DNA of 11,676 nucleotides from an uncultured Acidobacteriota bacterium (GTDB taxonomy: Bacteria; Actinomycetota; Acidimicrobiia; Spongiisociales; ZC4RG35), in contig CAWHEU010000017.1 in the NCBI GenBank assembly GCA_963828465.1, positions 1-11,676 of the forward strand, read 5' to 3'. The notes under the pieces were generated by a model. That model had not been told where the DNA came from, did not search any database, and saw only the letters and a list, made by a program, of their open reading frames with translations. The position numbers and the translations under genes are program-made. Below, piece by piece: positions 6,518 through 11,676 of the stretch (the first letter of the stretch is position 1; the number at the start of each line of letters is the position of its first letter).

Positions 6518-6951
6518 TCACCGGGCAACTATCGGCGCACGAGACCGATTTCGCTCACAACAGTGAGCGCCAGTTTGCACTTCTCCTCGATTTCTACGAC
6601 GTGCCATGGGAGTACGAACCGAAGTCCTTCCCCATCTCCTGGGATGATGACGGCACCCCGACCCAGTACTTCACGCCGGACTTCTACCTGCCTGAGGACG
6701 ACCTCTACATCGAGATCACGACGATGAGCCAGAAGCTCGTCACGAAGAAGAACGGCAAGCTGCGCCGGCTCAAAGAGCTCTACCCGGAGATCAGCTGCAA
6801 GTTGTTCTATCAGCGTGACTACCTCAACCTCGTGGTCAAATATGGTCTGGAGGGCCCGGAGAATCTCGAAGAAGCGCCGGCGCCCACCCGGATGCCAGGA
6901 CGCCCCGCCGTCGTCCGACTCGAGGAGCGAGGCGAACGACTCATCGGATGA
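6514..6951 (+). CDS. PD-(D/E)XK / endonuclease I-like fold protein of unknown function; probable CTG start at 6514 (first canonical start GTG 6601)
   Basis: WEYEPKSF...FTPDFYLPEDDLYIEITT resembles the YEP..F...TPDF...YIE.K pattern of restriction-endonuclease-like proteins. The frame is open upstream of 6601 (FAHNSERQFALLLDFYD). Overlaps both neighbours by 4 nt. Confidence 0.7.
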   Translation: MITGQLSAHETDFAHNSERQFALLLDFYDVPWEYEPKSFPISWDDDGTPTQYFTPDFYLPEDDLYIEITTMSQKLVTKKNGKLRRLKELYPEISCKLFYQRDYLNLVVKYGLEGPENLEEAPAPTRMPGRPAVVRLEERGERLIG

Positions 6952-8000
6952 ATCGGTCGCCTCTGCACGACCTCCATGAGCGACTGGGAGCCCGATTCGT
7001 AGACTTCGGTGGATGGGAGATGCCGGTCCAGTATGGGTCGGTCCTGGCCGAGCACCGGGCGGTGCGAGGCGATGCAGGCTGGTTCGATGTGACCCACCTC
7101 GGCCGGTTCGAGCTCTCTGGCGCCGGCGCCGAGCAGGCTCTCCTCAGGCTCCTCAGCAACGACATCAGCGGGATTGCCCCGGGGCAGACCCAGTACACGC
7201 TCATGCTCGACGACAACGGGGGAATCGTCGACGATCTCGTCATTTGGTGGTGGGGCCCCGATCGATACTGGGTGTTTCCCAACGCGGCCAATCACAATCG
7301 GGTGATGGCCGCATTCTCCGCCGAGACCGGCTGTGAGGTTCGAGATCTCCAGACCGAGACCGTCCTTATCGCGATACAGGGGCCTCGAGCCCCGTCGGTG
7401 ATAGAGGGGCTCTTCGGTGAGGCCCCGAAGAGATTTCGGACCGCTTCCGCACGTTGGGAATCGGGCGAGGTCCGGATTGCCGGCACCGGCTACACCGGCG
7501 AGCGCGGGGGAGAGGTCTGTACGGACCCTCAAACCGGTCGGCGTCTAGCCGAGACTCTCGCCTCGATGTCCGTGGCTCCATGTGGCCTCGCCTCGCGGGA
7601 CACTTTGCGCCTCGAGGCCGGCCTCCCGTTATGGGGGTCCGACATCGACGAATCGACCACGCCACCCGAAGCGGGCCTCGAGTTCGCGGTCGTCCTGGAT
7701 CATGAGTTCCGGGGGAAAGCGGCATTGGACTCCCAGATGCACGAAGGTCCCTCACGTCGTCTGATCGGCTTCGTCCTCGACGGGAAAGGAATCCCTCGGC
7801 ACGGGTACAGCGTGCGAACCCCGGCAGGGAAGGGCGAGGTCACCTCGGGCAATCTGAGCCCGATGCTCGACACCGGCATTGGGCTCGCCTATGTCTCACC
7901 ACCGCCGGTTCCGGGTGACGACGGGATCGAGGTGGAGATCCGGGATCGCTGGGTGCCGGGACGCATCGTTAGACCGCCATTTCACAAGGAGCGAGGATGA
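6948..8000 (+). CDS. gcvT: Glycine cleavage system aminomethyltransferase T
   Basis: SPLHDLH..LGARFVDFGGWEMPVQY, FDVTHLG, GGIVDDL, IAIQGP, TGYTGERGGE, GLASRDTLRLEAGLPLWG and GEVTSGNLSPML. Confidence 0.96.
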   Translation: MNRSPLHDLHERLGARFVDFGGWEMPVQYGSVLAEHRAVRGDAGWFDVTHLGRFELSGAGAEQALLRLLSNDISGIAPGQTQYTLMLDDNGGIVDDLVIWWWGPDRYWVFPNAANHNRVMAAFSAETGCEVRDLQTETVLIAIQGPRAPSVIEGLFGEAPKRFRTASARWESGEVRIAGTGYTGERGGEVCTDPQTGRRLAETLASMSVAPCGLASRDTLRLEAGLPLWGSDIDESTTPPEAGLEFAVVLDHEFRGKAALDSQMHEGPSRRLIGFVLDGKGIPRHGYSVRTPAGKGEVTSGNLSPMLDTGIGLAYVSPPPVPGDDGIEVEIRDRWVPGRIVRPPFHKERG

Positions 8001-8500
8001 GTGTCCGAATCGACGGCCGTCCCGACGTCCCGGAGGGGTACGGGGTGAAGGACGAAGGGCCTTTCCTGCAATGGGCCGATGTCGAGGACTGGTTGGTCGA
8101 AGCCACCGAATACTGGATGGCCACAACCCGCCCCGACGGAAGGCCGCATGTCGTCCCCCGTTGGGGGGTTTGGCTCGACGACCGATTTTGGTATGACGGA
8201 TCGCCGATGACCCGGCACGCCAGGAACATCGCATCGAACCCGGCGTGCGCCCTTCATCTGGAGAGCGGCACGACCGTCACCATCATCGAAGGGACATCGC
8301 GCCCTTCTGATCCGATCCGGGGCGACCTCGGGGAGCGTCTCGCCTCCGAATACGCCCGCAAGTATGAGCGGCTCGGCTACGCCCCCACTGCCGACGCCTG
8401 GTCAGGAGAAGACGCCGGGGGGATGTGTCTTTTGACCCCGGATAAGGGGATCGCGTGGTCACAGTTCCCTACGGACTTGACCCGCTACGTGTTCGATTGA
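7997..8500 (+). CDS. Pyridoxamine 5'-phosphate oxidase-like (split-barrel flavin/F420-binding) protein
   Basis: YWMATTRPDGRPHVVPRWGVW and RNIASNPACALHLESG; ATGA overlap with gcvT. Confidence 0.85.
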   Translation: MSVRIDGRPDVPEGYGVKDEGPFLQWADVEDWLVEATEYWMATTRPDGRPHVVPRWGVWLDDRFWYDGSPMTRHARNIASNPACALHLESGTTVTIIEGTSRPSDPIRGDLGERLASEYARKYERLGYAPTADAWSGEDAGGMCLLTPDKGIAWSQFPTDLTRYVFD

Positions 8501-8538
8501 CGCCTCTTTAGGATTTGCCGACCAGAGCGAGGAGAGAC

Positions 8539-9348
8539 ATGGCGAGCGTCGCCCGTCCGGTGCCATCCGAGGCCATAGGAATCGAGTTGGTGAGGGAGTG
8601 GGTGCCCGATGCGACGCCACGTGCCCACATCGTCTTGGTTCATGGCATTTCCGAGCACTGCGGGCGCTATGAGCGGACAGGGTCGCTCCTTGCAGAGGCT
8701 GGATTCTTCACCCGATCGTTCGACCTGATCGGCTTCGGAGGATCCGGTGGCACCCGTGGCGATATCGACGATTGGTCGCGCTATCACGATCAAATCCAGG
8801 GGCACATGGAGTGGGCCAGAGAGCAAGGGACATCGGTCGTCCTCATGGGCCATTCGATGGGGGGAAATCTGGCCCTCGGGTACGCCCTGTCGGGCCGCCC
8901 CGCCCCCGACCTCCTCGTCCTGTCTGCTCCGGCGTTGGCCGGGGGCGCCGCATGGCAGCGTGCTGTGGCCGGATTGGCGAAGAGACTCGCCCCTACGGTC
9001 GCCCTACCCGCCGCGCTGAAAGGTGAGCAGCTGTCTCGTGACCCGGCGGTGGGGGAGGCGTACTTCTCCGACCCCCTCGTCTTCCCGAGGGCGACCAATC
9101 GTCTCGGCGCTTCACTCTTCGAGGCGATGGACGAGCTGAACGACAGTCTCACCGATCTCACCATCCCCACCCTCGTCCTGCACGGCACCGCCGACACCAT
9201 CGTCCCACCTCAGTCCACCGCCGCGCTGGGGGAGTTGCCCAACGTCGAACGGCGGTTGCTGCCGGGCCTGCGACACGAGATTCTCAACGAACCGGAGGGA
9301 CCGGAGCTGGTCCAGGAGATCATCGCCTGGATCGACTCCCGGATCTGA
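8539..9348 (+). CDS. Alpha/beta hydrolase, lysophospholipase/monoacylglycerol lipase (PldB-like)
   Basis: VHGISEHCGRY, FDLIGFGGS, nucleophile GHSMGG, LHGTADTIVP and RHEILNE. SD GAGGAG at 8529-8534 favours ATG 8539 over TTG 8515. Confidence 0.92.
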   Translation: MASVARPVPSEAIGIELVREWVPDATPRAHIVLVHGISEHCGRYERTGSLLAEAGFFTRSFDLIGFGGSGGTRGDIDDWSRYHDQIQGHMEWAREQGTSVVLMGHSMGGNLALGYALSGRPAPDLLVLSAPALAGGAAWQRAVAGLAKRLAPTVALPAALKGEQLSRDPAVGEAYFSDPLVFPRATNRLGASLFEAMDELNDSLTDLTIPTLVLHGTADTIVPPQSTAALGELPNVERRLLPGLRHEILNEPEGPELVQEIIAWIDSRI

Positions 9349-9352
9349 GCCG

Positions 9353-9748
9353 ATGCCCTTGTCCCGAGGGCTCGCACGGTTCAATCGTGTGGTCACCAAT
9401 CGCATCAGCCGTCCGCTGGCAGGGTGGCTCCCGGGCTTCGCGGTGCTCGTCCACAGGGGTCGGAAGTCGGGCGCCGAGTACCGGACCCCGCTCAACGCCT
9501 GGCTGGGCGACGACGATGTCATCGTGGCCCTGACTTATGGAAGGGATACCGACTGGCTGAAGAATCTGACTGCAGCAAACGGCGGGGAAATCATCGCCGG
9601 CAGGAAGTCCTACCGGGTGGGGCCCCCGCAGTTGATCGGATCGGAAGGGATGAGCCGGATGCCCGCCATGGCCAAGCCGATCCTCCGCTCGATCGATGTC
9701 GACGAGTTTGCCCTGCTGCCCCTCATTCGGCCGGATCGGCCCACCTGA
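9353..9748 (+). CDS. Nitroreductase-family deazaflavin (F420)-dependent oxidoreductase (Ddn-like)
   Basis: ARFNRVVTN, LVHRGRKSGAEYRTPL and ALTYGRDTDWLKNL. Confidence 0.88.
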   Translation: MPLSRGLARFNRVVTNRISRPLAGWLPGFAVLVHRGRKSGAEYRTPLNAWLGDDDVIVALTYGRDTDWLKNLTAANGGEIIAGRKSYRVGPPQLIGSEGMSRMPAMAKPILRSIDVDEFALLPLIRPDRPT

Positions 9749-10760
9749 TCAGGACCTTGCCGGAGTCCTGGGACGCGGTTGCATCAAAGGCTGCGTCGAA
9801 ATCATCTACCTCGAAACGATGGGTGATCACCGGGGATATGTCGACTCCCGACTGGACCAGGACATTCATCTTGTACCACGTCTCGAACATCTCCCGCCCG
9901 TAGATCCCTTTGAGATTGAGCATGTTGAAGATGACGATGCTCCAGTCGATCGGGAATGGGTCGGTCGGGATCCCGAGGATGGCCACGTTGGCGCCATGGA
10001 TCGTGTTCTGAATGATGTCTTCCATCGCCGAGGGGCTTCCCGACATCTCCAGTGCGACATCGAACCCTTCGGTCATCCCCAACTCACCCTGAATGTCGTG
10101 GAGGTCCTCGGACCTGATATCGACGGCGCGGGTCGCCCCCATCCTCTTGGCCAGATCCAGACGGAACGGGTTCACATCGGTGACCACCACGTTGCGGGCG
10201 CCGGCGTGGGCCACCACCGCACATGCCATGAGCCCGATCGGGCCTGCCCCGGTGATCAGGACATCCTCGCCGAGGACGTCGAATTCGAGTGCCGTGTGGA
10301 CTGCATTCCCGAAGGGATCGAAGATGGCGGCGATCTCCGGGTCGAGCCCTTCCTGGTGCCGCCACACGTTCGACTTTGGTATCAGCACGTAGTCGGCGAA
10401 TGCTCCCGGCAGGTTCACGCCGATACCCCGGGCGTCCTGGCACAGGTGGCGTCTCCCCGCAAGGCAGTTGCGGCAACGGTTGCACACCACGTGACCCTCG
10501 GCGCCCACCAGCTCTCCCACCTCGAAGCCGGAGACGTTGGGGCCTAGTGCGACGATCTCACCTGAGAACTCGTGTCCCACCGTCATCGGGGCGGGGATCG
10601 TGGCCCGGGCCCAGTCGTCCCAGTTGAAGATGTGCAGATCGGTGCCACAGATACCGGTTGTCAGCACTCTGATGAGGATGTCATCGGCCCCTGGCTCAGG
10701 GATCGGGACGTCATCCAGGCGTAGCCCCACCTCGTCGGCATGTTTCACCAGAGCCCTCAT
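9723..10760 (-). CDS. tdh: L-threonine 3-dehydrogenase
   Basis: GICGTDLHIFNWDDWA, GHEFSG, EGHVVCNRCRNCLAGRRHLC, DPFGNAVHTAL, GAGPIG, KGIYGREMFETWYKM and SGKV are characteristic of Tdh. Confidence 0.96.
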   Translation of the reverse strand: MRALVKHADEVGLRLDDVPIPEPGADDILIRVLTTGICGTDLHIFNWDDWARATIPAPMTVGHEFSGEIVALGPNVSGFEVGELVGAEGHVVCNRCRNCLAGRRHLCQDARGIGVNLPGAFADYVLIPKSNVWRHQEGLDPEIAAIFDPFGNAVHTALEFDVLGEDVLITGAGPIGLMACAVVAHAGARNVVVTDVNPFRLDLAKRMGATRAVDIRSEDLHDIQGELGMTEGFDVALEMSGSPSAMEDIIQNTIHGANVAILGIPTDPFPIDWSIVIFNMLNLKGIYGREMFETWYKMNVLVQSGVDISPVITHRFEVDDFDAAFDATASQDSGKVLIRWADPAE

Positions 10761-10819
10761 GAACCCGAACGTTAAATGACTGTTGGCATGAATCCGCGAC
10801 GCTGTGGCACGATGGCGTC

Positions 10820-11347
10820 GTGGACGGAAACCTTGGTGGGCAGCTTCTTGTGGCGACGCCCTTGCTGATCGACCCCAATTTCTGGAGATCGGTAGTGCTG
10901 ATCCTGCAGCACGACGAAGAAGGCAGCCTCGGCGTGGTGCTCAACAGACCCACTATCGAACGGGTCGAGACCCATATCCCGGTGTGGGGGCCGGTCGCGG
11001 CCAAGCCGGGAACAGTCCATTACGGCGGTCCTGTGGACCCGCGCGTGGCAATAGGGCTCGCCGGTGGCAAAGGCGGGGAGCCAACCGGTGTGCCCGGACT
11101 GAGCATCGTGGACCTCGAGGCGGAGCCGGGGGAGGGGACGTCCGCTGTCCGCATCTACTCGGGGTACGCCGGCTGGGGGCAGGGCCAACTGGAATTGGAG
11201 ATCGCTGAAGGCTCGTGGTACGTGGTGCCTGCCTCGCCCGACGACCCCTTCGATCGGCCCGAGGGTCAATGGTCACGCGTTTTGCGCCGTCAGCAGGGCC
11301 ATCTCGCCCTCGTCTCCACATTCCCCGATGATGTCGACCTCAACTGA
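10820..11347 (+). CDS. YqgE/AlgH family protein (DUF179)
   Basis: GQLLVATPLLIDPNFWRSVVLILQHDEEGSLGVVLNRP, GGPV and YSGYAGWGQGQLELEIAEGSW. Confidence 0.93.
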   Translation: MDGNLGGQLLVATPLLIDPNFWRSVVLILQHDEEGSLGVVLNRPTIERVETHIPVWGPVAAKPGTVHYGGPVDPRVAIGLAGGKGGEPTGVPGLSIVDLEAEPGEGTSAVRIYSGYAGWGQGQLELEIAEGSWYVVPASPDDPFDRPEGQWSRVLRRQQGHLALVSTFPDDVDLN

Positions 11348-11386
11348 CCGCCGCATCGAGGTCATCCCGTCCTACCCTGACCGGCG

Positions 11387-11676
11387 ATGACCACCACCGC
11401 TCCCAAGCTGCGGCCGAGTCTCAAACGGAAGGCGCCAGGCCTCATCGTCGAGCGGGGTCTGCGAGACAGAGGGCTGGAGGTCGTTGTAGGCATGGACGAA
11501 GTGGGAAGGGGATCCTGGGCGGGGCCTCTCACGGTCGGCGCCGCCATCGTGCCCCTCGATCGCCGGGTGTACAAGATCCGGGACTCGAAGATGTTGACCG
11601 AAGATGAGCGTGAGGCGCTCTTCGACCGCATCGCCGAGTGGTGCGATGCCTGGTCGGTCGGCCACGCCACGCCGGA
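11387..11676 (+). CDS. rnhB: Ribonuclease HII, 3'-truncated by the window edge
   Basis: Absent from the ORF track because it has no stop in the window. Manual translation from ATG 11387 gives MTTTAPKLRPSLKRKAPGLIVERGLRDRGLEVVVGMDEVGRGSWAGPLTVGAAIV...IRDSKMLTEDEREALF, with the G.DEVGRG..AGP and DSK motifs. Confidence 0.93.
   Translation, partial: MTTTAPKLRPSLKRKAPGLIVERGLRDRGLEVVVGMDEVGRGSWAGPLTVGAAIVPLDRRVYKIRDSKMLTEDEREALFDRIAEWCDAWSVGHATP

Noticed and set aside
9696-10547. 283-aa plus-strand ORF
   Set aside because: Antisense shadow of tdh with no recognisable motifs; typical of high-GC codon bias.
11362-11670. Minus-strand ORFs at the right edge
   Set aside because: Antisense to the clear rnhB reading frame starting at 11387.
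1-11676. CRISPR array, tRNA/rRNA, IS element, prophage or defence island
   Set aside because: No spaced repeats, RNA-gene signatures, transposase or integrase motifs; intergenic gaps are at most about 110 bp and the content is housekeeping.

Overview
High-GC actinobacterial chromosomal window; gene content and order suggest Acidimicrobiia (inference). It has no RNA genes, mobile elements or CRISPR arrays that I can see. It carries a rearranged version of the conserved actinobacterial cluster pgsA2-gcvH-garA/odhI(FHA)-ftsR(MerR)-DUF151 nuclease-Rv1830/McdR-like MerR. A D-Ala-D-Ala carboxypeptidase and a divergent Hpt-like phosphoribosyltransferase sit inside the cluster. A PD-(D/E)XK-like protein and gcvT follow the second MerR gene. 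Downstream are a PNPOx-like protein, a lysophospholipase-like hydrolase, a Ddn-like F420 oxidoreductase, tdh (minus strand), a YqgE/AlgH protein and the 5' part of rnhB; the window opens inside an ABC family-5 solute-binding gene. Main observations: (i) the 105-bp region before the McdR-like gene holds a perfect DnaA box, a sigma-70 promoter and a perfect palindrome resembling the McdR operator; (ii) the PD-(D/E)XK-like gene appears to start at a non-canonical CTG coupled to the MerR stop and has an atypical active-site motif; (iii) the Hpt-like protein has lost canonical loop motifs; (iv) five or six single-base insertions between 2590 and 5380 are probably sequencing errors; (v) several genes look leaderless.
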